A DNA stretch of 63,316 nucleotides, counting the filler, from Octopus bimaculoides (Eukaryota), in assembly GCF_001194135.2 (NCBI RefSeq). It is 6 parts of 6 records of this genome, joined end to end, with 100 filler letters (N's around TTAATTAATTAA, not from the genome) between each part and the next. Parts side by side here need not be neighbours in the genome. Positions count along the whole stretch, not along the records: positions 1 to 21,339 come from NC_068993.1; 5 more parts are not named here. One strand, written 5' to 3'. Below the pieces are notes generated by a model, which was not told where the DNA came from, ran no database searches, and saw nothing but the letters and a program-made list of their open reading frames with translations. The translations under genes and the position numbers were made by a program. Of the stretch, positions 1-13,600 are shown in pieces; the first letter of the stretch is position 1; each line of letters opens with the position of its first letter.

Positions 1-2003
1 ATATATATATATATACATACTCACACACGCATGTACATGTACATACGAACACACATATATACATATATATGTCTACGCATACACGCACATACACACGCAT
101 ATATACCCATGCACGCAGCGCTACGTTCATATATACATCTCTACAGGCACACATACATACATACGCGGATGTACAAGACGTAATTCTTACACACAGGCAC
201 ATACATACGCGGAAAACGTATATACAAATAAAAACACATACACAAAAAAACACATAAACCGTAAAACATTCACCTTCACCGCAAAACCTGCCAATACAAA
301 TGAGTTATATATTTATATACACAAATACACTCTCCTGTCTGACAAACATGTCTACACCTGCAGACATATAAGCGTACATACATATATGTGTGAAGGAGAC
401 AAGTACAAGGTCACAGATAGAACCTGTTTTTATATAATGTCCACGTACAAACCTTTCATATGTCTTAACATCTCTTATACATTTATATATATTTTATTAC
501 TTTATATATTTTTGTGTACATTAATTTTCATCTTCTTTTATAATTGTGTAACTTATATGCGTGTACTATATACCTAATGTATATGTGCGTGCATATATAC
601 CTGTGTACGAACGATTGTATATACACGAGTGCAAGTTTCTGCTTATTGAAGTAAATATTTAAAAAATACTAAGGCGTGCTGTATGTAATTAATGCGAGAA
701 TAATTTCTCATAAGACATCTAGAGTGGAATGAATCTTGTCCATGATACAATAGAAATCCCGAATAATCAGCCATTAAATTCTTCACAACGTAAAGCAGTG
801 ACTGTTTGTGCATCCTGCCTTGAGGCCGTCCGACTTCTGTCGCGAAATGCAGGTATAAAAAGTACAAATAGATGCATAGAATCTATTTTCTCTCTTTCTT
901 TTGCATACACATTCACAAACATATATATACACAATGAATGGAATCAATGTCTTCATAATGTCAACAAAAGATATAAATTGCAATTGTGTTTTTTTTTTTT
1001 TTACCTATAAATCTGTATGTCAAATTAAACTTACCCACCCTCTCTACCTGATCTAAAATAAACATTAATTTCATGAAATATTTTTGTGAAATATTTTGAT
1101 CGCTCTCCATTCTATCTTGTTCTTTTTCTGTTATTGCTAATTAATTTGGACCGATGAGACAGTTATGTCAAAACAAAGCTCTATAAAAATATTTAGAAAA
1201 TATTGCAGTTAAAATGTAATTTAATTAGATGTTAAGAAAAATACATTCTATGGTTCATTTTATTCGATTAAGTAACAGCAGTTCCCGTTTTCACTTTTGA
1301 TATAGCGTTACGTTCTTCATCATGATGTATATATAACATGGTAGACTCTACAAATTTGGTGAAAACTATTATATTCATACCTAATATGCACATCTCATAA
1401 GAGTAGCCTTTGTGAGACCCGCATTGCTTTGGGCTAACAGATTAACATACAATAGAAGAAGTGATGTCGACATCGTCATTCTTAAAAATATGGTAGCCTT
1501 GTGAAAATGTATAAACTTATTCTTTGCTTAAAGACCAATTTCACCTTTTGGCCTTCCATTGTGTATAGAAAACGCAAAAGTCAAGTCATGCTGCTGATAA
1601 AGTGAACTTATCTTGCCGTTTAAAAATTTGTCATATGCTAAATTAAAAAAAAAAAGAAATAAAATTGCTCGTTTTAATTTATATGCAAAAACATTGCTTA
1701 ATATTTTCCATGGTAAAACTCTTTGACTATATTGTTTATACTTACGTTCATATAATCACTGCCATTATCAAAGTTTAAATAGAAAATATCTACTTGAACG
1801 TTAGTGATTTGTTAAACTATACGTAAATTTATGACCACCATTAAAGCCCGTTTTAGATTTATTTACAGATATAAACGAAAACAATATTAAAATTATTTAT
1901 TGGCATTCTTGCGGGAACACGTATAAGCATTTACTCAGACAAGCATGTTTATTTAGGCACATATGCATATATACACATGCTAATTCTATATGCATAAGCA
2001 CAT

Positions 2004-2059
<56 letters not shown>

Positions 2060-2327
2060 TATCCTTGTACCTACATGTATACACACACATATGTGTGTGC
2101 ATAAGTATGTATATATATGTATGTATATGTGCATATATATGTATATATATACATATATACATACATGATACATACATATCTATATCTGTGTGTATGCATA
2201 TATATGCACACATACATAGAATTAGCTATAGATGTATATACATGATGTACGTTACGCTTAGATGTGCTACACTTTATCAGAATTGTTGTCTCAAGTTCAG
2301 TAAAACAAAAAAATATTACACACACAG

Positions 2328-2405
<78 letters not shown>

Positions 2406-2633
2406 ATGTATGCATGCATGTATGTATGTATGTATTTGCATTTCTGTTATTTGAAGGATTTGGAAATGTTGAAGTAAAATATACTTTCGAGAAGGTCACA
2501 CGCAAATGAAACTAACAGTGAATAAATTATACCCTATGAAATATCTCGATGAGGCATTATTTGTTCATTCATATCATTTGCATTTGAGCTTCTTAACAAA
2601 ACGGCATATATACGTACACACATACATACATGC

Positions 2634-5600
2634 ATGCAGTTACCCTACATTCTAATAAGGTGTCCAGTCCAACGTAACTGGGGCTTGTGTACCATCGCCT
2701 CAATACTCAAGATAATAGCTCTCCCCAGGGCCAGTATATCTGGAGTTTTTAAGGTTCAGCCAACATTCAGAATGTGTCTGAGACATCTCAAGGACCCTTA
2801 CATGACGTTTGTAAAGGGTCCATGTCTTAAATGAGTAAACGAGCGATGTCAGTACACATGCACGGTACAGAGCAATTTTTGTTTGCCTTGCTATGCCATG
2901 CTGGATCCACCAGCACGAGACTCTCTGCAGCCTGAAAGATATTTCATCATCCAGGGAGCAAGAACGGCTGAGTGTGCTGCCCAGGTAGACAAACTTGTCT
3001 ACCACTTTCAGAAATGTTCCTTCAACCAAGATAGCTGATTCCACATATGGATTTCCTAGTGCAGGCTAGAACATTACAACAGTCTTGTTCAGGTTAATGC
3101 TGAATCCAAATGCCTTGCAGGATGCAGAAATACAATTCATAAGTACTTGCATGCCATCTACCGTATGAGTGACTAAGTCACACTCATCTGAATAAAGAAG
3201 GTCACGAATAAGAGACTTGAAAACTTTCGAATTGGCAGCAAATCGGCGCAGATTAAAGAGGCAGCCATAAGATCGATATCTGACATATATTCCCAGAGAG
3301 CTAACCATAGCAAAAGCATGAATAAAAGCAGCAGCAAAGTACGACGAAAAGAGAGTTGGGGCAAGGATGTCACCCTGCTTGACACCATTCTCGACAGAAA
3401 TGGGTACCACCAACACTGACCTAAGCCTCCATCCCATCATGAGACGATTGAATTATAGATAAAAAGTGATCCGGATATCCAAGTTTGCCAAGTATTTTCC
3501 ATAGAAAGGCCTTATTTACAGCATCAAAAGCCTTCGTTAAATCAATGAATATCTGGACAAGATTCATATTCTGCTCATAGCACTTCGCCTGCATCTGTCT
3601 TGCTGTGAAAATCATATCCATTGTACCTCTACCAGATCGGTAGCTACATTGAGATTCAGATTAAACATCATTTACGAGATACCCATTCAGGCTGGTAAGA
3701 AGAATATTTGCCAGAACCTTGCCAGCAACTGATAGTAGAGCAATACCTCTGTAGTTACCACACATTGTTCTGGCTCCTTTTCCTTTACAGAAAGGAAGTA
3801 TAATTGCATCCTTCCAGTCCTTAGGCATTGCACCATCCCTCCAGATTGCACTAAGTTCAGAAAGGGACTGTATTATGTAATCACCACTAAATCGCAAGAC
3901 CTCAACACAAATTCCATCCTTTACTTATTGATGTCATTACTTCATCTATTGAGAGCGTGGAATTTAAGGAGCCAATGATAGGTCTTTGTTGCATAGTATC
4001 AATCACTGTTTCCTCTACTACTGGCTCATGGTTTAGGAGTTCAGAGCAGTGTTTGATCCACCGACCTGTGATTTCTGTTGATTTAGTAAATAGAGTGGAA
4101 AACTCCTTGGAAAGCAAAGAAGCTGATGTGGAACTCTTAGGCCCATGATCTTGCTTCACAAGATGGTAAAGCTTCTTGCTGTCATTTGCAACAGCAGCAG
4201 CTTGAACATCGCGAGCAAGATCCTCCCACTAAGTGTTCTGCATCCTCCTGAGAGATCGCTGCAGTATTGATTTTACACTGCTATAGTGGGTAAGTGATAC
4301 ATTTCGCTGTACATTACAAAGTCCTCTGTGTAGCCACATATTGTGAGCACGGCGCTTTACATCCAACAGTTGCTGAACTTCAGCATAATTTTCATCAAAC
4401 CAATCTCTGTGTCTGGTAGTAGCATATCCCAGTGTTTCAGCAGCACGTTGAAGAACCTGGTGTCGAAAATCCTCCCATGCTGCAGTGTTTTTAATGCTGG
4501 GCAAGCGAGACTGAAGCTCTTTCCTCAAAACAGCATCATATAACTTGTGGACATTCAGACGCCGAGGAATGCTCACAGACCCTCTTCTCTCTTTCACTCT
4601 AATCATCATCCGGAACTTTGCTCGCACCAGACTGTGGTCTGTCTAGCATTCCTATCCATGGAAGGACTTGACATTACAAATGTCATAGATGTCATGCTTG
4701 CGGATGATGACATAATCCAGCAAATGCCAAACTTTAGACCTTGGATGCATCCACGTTGTTGTGTGATCACCTTTGTGCATAAAATGAGTGCTTGCGATGC
4801 AAAGTCCATGTTCATCGCAATGCTCCAGCAACCTGAGATCATTGCTATTCATTTTCCCTACTCCAAAAGGTCCTAGAGAGTTCCATGTTTGCCTGTTTGT
4901 TCCAACACTGGCATTGAAATCCTCCAGTACAATGACTTTATCAGAATTGGGCATTTTCCGAAGTATTGCTCTCAGCTGGGTATAAAATTAGTTTTATCTT
5001 CATCACAGCTAGTCAAAGTAAGTGCATAGGCACTTGTTAGAGTAGCAAACCGCTTACCTTTCAAGTGCAACCGTAGAGTCATTAGACGTTCATTTATAGG
5101 AAGAAGAAGCTCCTCCAACTTCTTAAGGATATCAGATCGAAGTGCAAGGCCAACACTAGTCTCTCTTCGTTCCGCCTTCTGCATCCCCTTCCAAAAAATG
5201 GTGTATCTACCTCCTACTTTCTCAAGGTAACCATCACTTTCTATATGAGTCTCTGAAAGTGCAGCTTTATCAATGTTATAAGGGTTCAGCTCGCGAGCAT
5301 CAAGTGCACTGCATCTTTCAGGCCTACAATCACTCTTCTTGTCCAACAGAGTGCGCACATTCCAACATGAAATGTTCAAGTTCTATCCAGATTCTTGCAA
5401 ATAAGTCTTTGTTTTTCGAGCGCAGGGTGGACATCCGTCAGTCGCACTAAACTGACCAGATATGGAAAGACAGGCAACTTTTGGTTCACCTTTTCTAGAA
5501 CCTTCCCGGCCTACGGGTGAGCAGTGCCCTCTCCAAATGGAGCTACTCAGACACCCATGCAGCAACCGTATCCTACTTCTGTCTTCAGCGACAAGGAGAC

Positions 5601-5720
5601 GACTTTATATCTAGCATGGGCCACCTACGTGCAGGTCGCTGACTACATGCTTCCAACCCGTCAGGTCTGCATGCTTCACCACCTTCTCATCGCCGCAGGA
5701 CTTCCGAATAAAATATAAAA
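2634..5720 (-). mobile_element. RTE-clade (BovB-like) LINE, near full-length ORF, frameshifted, 3'-truncated; 5' UTR may extend to about 6310
   Basis: Collinear minus-strand ORF pieces: AP-endonuclease (SCWNVRTLLD, ALSET, NERLMTLRL, IVLEDFNASVG, WMHPRSKVWHLLDYVI), then RT (NYRGIALLSVAGKVLA, FIDLTKAFD, GVKQGDILAPTLF, LLYSDECD for YADD, FVYLGS). Multiple frameshifts and stops. Confidence 0.93.
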
Positions 5721-7621
5721 TAAAAATATACTAAAAATATATAAATATATACTAAAAATAAAGATACGTATATACTAAATATAAAAATGTATATATAGGG
5801 GGGAAATTCACACACCGAGCAGAAGTCAGCAATGCCTGCGTGGAGTTTTAGGTCCAATAAGGCTTGCACGACACTTCATAGACTCTCTCTAATTTATTGA
5901 CATTATCCAGACACAAGCCGGAGCAAGATGTCTGGTGCAAATATGAGTCGCAGGCTCAGGGATATGGGAGCGCCATGAACTCTAGCACAAACCAAAAATC
6001 TCCAAAATGTCCAATGCCATTCCCTGCATATTTGGTTTTATATTAGGGTGACTTTCTCTTAGAGACATGCTTCAACGGAAGCCGAGGGGTGACTAACTCG
6101 AATTGGTCCTTCAGCATGCTGGACACAATCCTGGAATTTTTGTGTATCCATGCTATAGCTAGATAGCCGTTGAGCCTGCACTAGTTGCATCCGACCTTTC
6201 AACACGTCTTGTTTTTGATCCTGCTGGGTTTCTAGCAACCCTCCTCACCAGGATAGCCTGGTGGGGGTACCTGTTTAGTCGCCGGCAAACCGACCATGCA
6301 ACATGTTGTACTGGATTAATATCAGAGAGCATGCACTTTACAGGTGGCTAAAATTTTGTCATATTCATATGTATACATGATAATGTTCTGGAAATATAGC
6401 TATAAAATATAACAGATACGCAATTAAAGTTAATTATGACGATAATACATCGTTAGAATAACAATATGAAGGAGTAAAATTAGATTTGACAACCGAGTGC
6501 TCTGAGATATGGAGGAAGTTTAGATTGATGAGCTAGATTTGAAAGGGAGACTGACTGGCTAGGTGGAGATAAGGTTAGGAGAAGGGGTGATTTTTTGATG
6601 TAGGTTAACAAGGTAAGTCTGGGAGACAATTATAAACTAAACAAAAAAAGTAATGAGAAAGTTAGCCCCTGATTGGTATCACAGATGTTACATGCTGATG
6701 AACATATACGCTCATATATAGTCTAGCAGACACAAGCACACAGACTCCTACGTATTCATATTCACACGCACATATGCCCGCTCACCTACTTCAGCTTCAA
6801 CGCCAATCACGCCCTACCGTTTTAAAAAGAAAGACCACACGAAACAATGGTGATCATAGGCCCAAATGCTCAATCTGTGCCTGCAAAGGTCTACAATCCT
6901 CTACCTGGGTCTTGAAGTGGTGGTACAGCCTGCTGGAAATAGAAGATGTAATCTTACCCATTGACAGACTGATGTATTCCGTTTACACTCACGGCCAAAC
7001 TGTTGAGAATTCAATATAATCCATATTGAATCATATATCATAAATTTTATTGAAAATTTTGCTTGTAAAATTCATTGTCAGCATTAATAAACATTATGTT
7101 TACTTTATTAACATTGTCATGGAATTTTACAGAGAAATCATCTCTTTGTAGCTTATTGCATTGTTAAATAAACAAAACTTTAATGTCTTTAGAGACATTT
7201 TAGATTTTTATAGAGATATAAACGAAAGCAACACGCCAGTCTACATGTTTGCTAATGGAATTGTTTGCATGAACAAATATATGTATATTCATTGGCGTTT
7301 TATTACTCTGTATGTATGTGTGCATATATATACACACATACATATATGTATGTGTGTATATATATAGTATAGATGTGTGTGTGGCTATATACAAAGATAT
7401 ACATTCATACACACACACATATACTCACAAACATACATACACGTTCACACGCACACATGTATGTGTGTGTGTATGTGCGTGTCTGTGTTTGTGAATGTAT
7501 GCATGCAGCCTCGCAGAAATATTACTATATATTTTATGCATATTTTACTTGCTCTTAATCTTTGGATTGTCTCTTAGACATACACACCCACTCACGCACA
7601 CCACACATATAGATTAATGTG

Positions 7622-7694
<73 letters not shown>

Positions 7695-7770
7695 TGAAGT
7701 AGAGTCCAGTGAGACGTATTGCTGGTTGCGTATTCTTTATTTCGAACAGTTGACAGTATGAGCAATGTAC

Positions 7771-7808
7771 AACCCTGACGTTTCTGATAGTTTCCTTCTT
7801 CAGTGGTT
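7771..7808 (-). ncRNA. Degenerate minimal type I hammerhead ribozyme (Penelope terminal-repeat type)
   Basis: Minus strand AACCA-CTGAAGA-AGGAAACTATCA-GAAACGTC-AGGGTT has the core boxes, palindromic ACGT stem III and an AACC/GGTT stem I; stem II is broken. Confidence 0.4.
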
Positions 7809-7934
7809 AGATGAACTTTGCACCCTTACGTGTGAGTGACTGGCTGTAACCCGTAGGAAACACAAAAGATATGTATATATATATATAAAAGATAATAAGA
7901 GTGAAAAAACTACAGAAGGCTTGTGTTACATGGT

Positions 7935-8207
7935 TAAAGTATATATTTAAATTATGTCAGAAAAATGTAAGAAAAATGTTAGAAAAATGTTATAAAATCT
8001 TTTTGGTATATAAACATTGTATTTTGAGAAATAACCGGTTTCGTGTTGTCTTTTCAAATTTCTCTACTTCATTGTGTCGTGTTCGTTCCAGTCTGTTGAA
8101 AAGACAACACGAAACCGGTTATTTCTCAAAATACAATGTTTATATACCAACAAGATTTTATAACATTTTTCTTACATTTTTCTGACATGATTTAAATATA
8201 TACTTTA
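7935..8207. repeat. Long fold-back inverted repeat (MITE-like)
   Basis: 7935-8057 is the reverse complement of 8096-8207 apart from a short indel and a few mismatches; 38-nt spacer; right arm runs into an N gap. Confidence 0.9.
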
Positions 8208-8809
8208 NNNNNNNNNNNNNNNNNNNNNNNNNNNNNNNNNNNNNNNNNNNNNNNNNNNNNNNNNNNNNNNNNNNNNNNNNNNNNNNNNNNNNNNNNNNNN
8301 NNNNNNNNNNNNNNNNNNNNNNNNNNNNNNNNNNNNNNNNNNNNNNNNNNNNNNNNNNNNNNNNNNNNNNNNNNNNNNNNNNNNNNNNNNNNNNNNNNNN
8401 NNNNNNNNNNNNNNNNNNNNNNNNNNNNNNNNNNNNNNNNNNNNNNNNNNNNNNNNNNNNNNNNNNNNNNNNNNNNNNNNNNNNNNNNNNNNNNNTATAT
8501 ATATATACATGTGTATATAAATACAAACACGCATGCGCGTTGTAGTAATAGAAATAAAAACTCCTTGGTATATTTGAAAAATAAATAAGAATGATATTTC
8601 TCATAATTATGACCTATTTTCCACTTTAATGATTAAATGCTTAAAAATCATATAGTGCTAGAAATGGAATCAAAAGGCTGATGCACATGGTGTGCCCCTA
8701 CATCGCCAGGCCACCAACGTCGCTCGATCGCGTTGGAACACTTTTTTTGAGACCTTGAGCTGGGATTTCACTTCCAGAAATATCCATTAAAATTCTCGTG
8801 TTTGAAAAA

Positions 8810-8849
8810 CTCATTTTCGGAATTCGGTTCCTGGAATTCCGAAAATGAG
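8810..8849. repeat. 16-bp perfect hairpin inside a CpG-rich, probably transposon-derived patch (about 8700-8910)
   Basis: CTCATTTTCGGAATTC-ggttcctg-GAATTCCGAAAATGAG. Confidence 0.75.
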
Positions 8850-9123
8850 TGCGTTCGGGATCCCGCTCGCATTTCTTTCGGTCATTTTCCCGCATTCCCC
8901 GCCCTGTATGATACCATCCGTAAACATCTAATCATTAAAGTGTAAAATAATTATCAGAAAACTCATTCTTGTTCAGTTTTCGTGTTATACACGCGCGCGC
9001 TCATGCATGCACACACATTCACACACACACATACACATACATATACGTATGTATAGACAAAGGCTATCTGATGAGACGGCTTCGATCTAAGCACCTGCAA
9101 AGATGTAAGTTACTTGGAACTTA

Positions 9124-9185
<62 letters not shown>

Positions 9186-9431
9186 ATCTATCTATCTATA
9201 TATTTATCCATCTATCTAGCTATATGCAAGTGTGTATGCATGTATGTATGTATGTATGCATCTAAACGCACACGCACATACGCAAAATATATATATTATA
9301 CTATACCTTATGCAGAGGCTTCCGTAGCATCAGCGATAATATTCATATACGTGCTTAAATAGTTCTACATATATGGATGGATGTATGTGTGTGTTTGTGT
9401 GTTTGTGTGTATGTGTGCGTGTGCGTGTATA

Positions 9432-9478
<47 letters not shown>

Positions 9479-10990
9479 ATATACGAAATTTTACGTGTAT
9501 GTCTGCTGTGTGGGTGTATCTTTATATATGCGCATACTACTTACATATCCAGAGATTATGATTCACTTTAGAATCTCCAGACATTACATCATCAATCACA
9601 GAAAAGTAATGTTGAATAAATAAAATGAAATGACATGATACTTACTTGTATAGTGCTTTACCCCGAGCTATTTGTTTAGAGTTTGCAATTTTTGAACATT
9701 CACGCTTACTTCCAAACGGTAGATGCTTAATATGAGACATGGCCTGGCTTATAAGATTAACAACGTCACTGACTATATGTTCTTGGTTTATAGTGACGCT
9801 CAACGAAAAAGAAAGCGATCCAATCGGGAAAGAGTGATATCGTTCTGTTGATCGTATATAATCATGTTCAGTCAGTAGCCAGGCATAATCCCGGTCTTTT
9901 AATCCAATTGAATATACCTGTCAAAAGAGATAGAATACAGATTTCATGAAATGTTCTGGAAATGTAGTCTGGAAAGATTTGGAGTAGAAATTTATATTTA
10001 GACTCAATACTCGAAAGAAACAGAAGTTTTATTTGCGATAACATTTAGATGTAAAGATATAAAATTGTATCATACCTACGCTTTTTATTAAGAACGGAAC
10101 TAGAAGATATCTATCCATGGAAACAACATTTTTATCAATGGATTATAGACACATCATAATTTGAAATCAGTAGTGAAATTTTTCTGAAATATCCATTTTC
10201 AAATTTTCAACACCCACCCTACTTATATAAAGTACGACAGAAAAGCGAAGAACAAACAACCCAAATGCTACGTTTCATGATGTGAGCCGGGCCAAATTAT
10301 ATCAATCACTGTGAAAAGAGCAATAAACCATGAAGTACATAAATACACTATTATCTTGTAATATAACTTCACGAGGAGCATACCAATGATCATGAAAATT
10401 ACGGACGTTTTTCTGTAATTCTTAAACTGGGTATTCTCAAATTCTTATGGTCAGCAGCTTGGGAACTATTGGCTGCATGTGTTTTCTTTAACTATTACCT
10501 TTATCTTTTTTCTCAGCGAACATATCATTGAAATTTAGTTTTCTTTCATACTGTTAACAAGAAATAATTCATCTCATAAATACTAGACACACAAGACTTT
10601 ATCATAATCACAGTGCTGCTGCTGTTCCTGCGACGGAGCTTTGCCATGCTCGCTGCAGTAGGGAGCATCTGTGCTATGCGCTATAAATGGTTTCCCTGTA
10701 GCCCTGAAATCTTAACTCACTTTTATTAAGTTAGGAGACGGCACATTGCAACATGTACCGGGTGTAGAATAGGAAGACTCTTGTAATTTCATCTATGACC
10801 TTATATGCATACAATACATTAATGGCTGGACGCGTTAAACAAGACAATTCAATAATGAGGGATATTGTATTTCTGATTGGGGATCTCAGATGAATTCATA
10901 TTGGAGATTTATAGCATCAAAAAAATGTGTGCACGTTATTATATTATTAAACACGCATAAACGCGCGCGCACACACACACATATACATTA

Positions 10991-11378
10991 TTCTTTTACT
11001 TGCTTCGGTCATTTGATTGCGGCCATGCTGGAGCACCGCCTTTAGTTGAACAAATCGACCACAGGACTTATTCTTTGTATGCCTAGTACTTATCCTATTG
11101 TCTCTTTTGCCGAACCGCTAGAACAGGGAGGTAAGCAAACTAACATCGGTCATCGAACGATGGTGGCGAACCAGACACAGACACACAGAAGCATATACAT
11201 ATATATATATAAATATATATATAAATATGTATGTATATACGACGGGCTTATTTTAGTTTCCGTCTACCAAATCCACTCAAAATGCTTTGGTCGGCCCAAG
11301 GTGCCAGGCAGTGGGACTGAACTCTGCACCATGTGGATGGGAAGTAAGCTTCTTACCACACAGCCACACAGCCACTGC
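10991..11378 (-). mobile_element. tRNA-derived octopus SINE (OR/CORE-like family)
   Basis: Reverse complement gives a tRNA-like head (TGGCTGTGTGGTAAG...GTTCAGTCCC) and the family body (GATTTGGTAGACGGAAACT, CTAGGC, TCGATTTGTTCAACTAAAGGCGGTGCTCCAGCATGGCCGCA) shared with many copies in the window. Confidence 0.85.
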
Positions 11379-11388
11379 TACGTCTCCG

Positions 11389-11425
<37 letters not shown>

Positions 11426-11446
11426 ATCTATCTACCTATCTCTCAC

Positions 11447-11520
<74 letters not shown>

Positions 11521-11687
11521 AATAATACAGAATGGGACAAGGACGCAAAACACCCAGACAGTTAGGTGATACAAGAATGGGACAAAACATCCAGATAGAC
11601 AATACAAAGAAAACACGGACTGGTCATTCGGAGTTTTCTTTCTTCAGTTGAGATCCAGTTTATCTTTGCAATTTCGGTTGATTATTC

Positions 11688-11722
<35 letters not shown>

Positions 11723-11751
11723 AGAGAGAGCGAGAGAGGGAGGGGGAGTTG

Positions 11752-12110
11752 CAGGCGTGGCTGTTTGGTAAGAAGTTTGTTTCCCAACCTCATGGCTCCG
11801 GGTTCAGTTCTGCTTCTACTAATAGCCTCAAGCTGATCAAAGCCATGTGAGTGGATTTAGTAGACGGAAACTGAAAGAAGCCCGTCGTATATATGTATGT
11901 GTGTGTGTATGCTTGTGCGTCTGTGTTTGTCACCTCACCATCGCTTGACAACCGATGTTGGTGTGTTTACGTCCCGTAACTTAGCAAAAGAGACCGATAT
12001 AACTATTAGGCTTACAAAGAATAAATCCTGGGGCCGAATTGTTCGACTAAAAGGCGTTGATCTAGAATGGCTACAGTCAAATTACTGAAACTAGTAAGAG
12101 AATAGAAGAA
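11752..12110 (+). mobile_element. tRNA-derived octopus SINE (OR/CORE-like family)
   Basis: Head CAGGCGTGGCTGTTTGGTAAGAAG...GGGTTCAGTTC, then the same body and a purine-rich tail; inverted relative to the 10991 copy. Confidence 0.85.
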
Positions 12111-12145
12111 AAGAAAGAATATATATATATTCATATTTATAGAAA

Positions 12146-12231
12146 AATGATAAATGGAGCAAAACGCATATAATCAATAAGTTCCTTATAAGGAACTTAT
12201 TGATTATATGCGTTTTGCTCCATTTATCATT
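12146..12231. repeat. 86-bp perfect palindrome
   Basis: 43-bp arms centred on CCTTA|TAAGG at 12188/12189, no spacer, no mismatch. Confidence 0.9.
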
Positions 12232-12718
12232 ATTCTTCAAAGCTACTCTAAATACATCACTTTAACATGGTATTTCTACCTATTAAACGGGTATGATATC
12301 CCAGTTTTTGTGTGATTTTTGCTACTCTGGTAACTATTAACATATTTACATTATCGAATCGTTAACAAAACTCAAAACAATAACACATGCAATGTTTAAA
12401 TACCAGTAATTCTTATCGCTATATTAAAGCTGTCTGACTAATGTTTAGCAAGATTGCTTAAATCAAATGTAATCATAGGTCATTTTTGTATGACATACAT
12501 ATATACATATGCAGGCACACGAACACACACACACAAACACACACACACACACGCGCGCACGCACGCACGCACGCACGCGCATGCGCGCACACACACACTC
12601 ATATGTATGTATTTACGTATTTATGTGTATATGTATTATATGTAAATATATATGCATATAAATACACATATATGCACACACTTATAAATTCATATATAGA
12701 TATACAGACCTATATGCG

Positions 12719-12755
<37 letters not shown>

Positions 12756-13171
12756 TTCCTATCTTTATATATCTGTTCTATCGTTTCTCTTCCCCCCAAA
12801 AAATGCTTCTCCCAGCGTTCACTAATTTCCTTTCGTTCTGGTCTAACGACCCTCCATGTTTGTTTTCATTCGGTTTCCTTGTATGTGTCCACTGCCATCT
12901 TTTTTTATCCCAACTTTGACCCTCCATAAATCCTAAATTTCATCTTAGAATTCATGGGACCAATTGTCATTGAATGCTCGAAATGAGGAGTAGGTAGACA
13001 GCCGATGACTGATGAAGTATCCTTTCTCTGTGTTTTCTTGTCCTGTTTTCCATTTTTCTCATTGTCTACGCATTTCACTCGTTTTTGCCTCGTTTCTTTA
13101 CCTATTTCCTGTTATTTGCACCGTTGGTGACGTCCTGCACCCATATATGCATGCATGTATGTATGTATACG

Positions 13172-13212
<41 letters not shown>

Positions 13213-13328
13213 NNNNNNNNNNNNNATATAATTAGAATAAAGTCATTAATTAATGATTCATCAGTGGCCAGCGTACCAACGAGATCATACTAGTTATTTT
13301 GTATTTAAAGTATAATTATAAAAATTAT

Positions 13329-13440
13329 AATTATGATAAAGGGCACTGAAGTGACAACGCCTGTACGCTAGAAATAGTAGTCCTTTGGTGTCTATTTCTA
13401 GCCTACAAGTGTTACCACTTCAATGCCCTTTATTATAATT
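13329..13440. repeat. Imperfect hairpin, 49-bp arms, 14-nt loop
   Basis: 13329-13377 vs reverse complement of 13392-13440: 7 mismatches, 6 of them transitions. Confidence 0.8.
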
Positions 13441-13526
13441 CATTTTTTATAATTACATATATATACATACATATATATACACATGCATACACACATACAC
13501 ACACACCCATATATACATACATACAT

Positions 13527-13600
<74 letters not shown>

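Noticed and set aside
643-1010. Overlapping short ORFs on both strands near the window start
   Set aside because: No recognisable domain and three competing frames; cannot be supported without transcripts.
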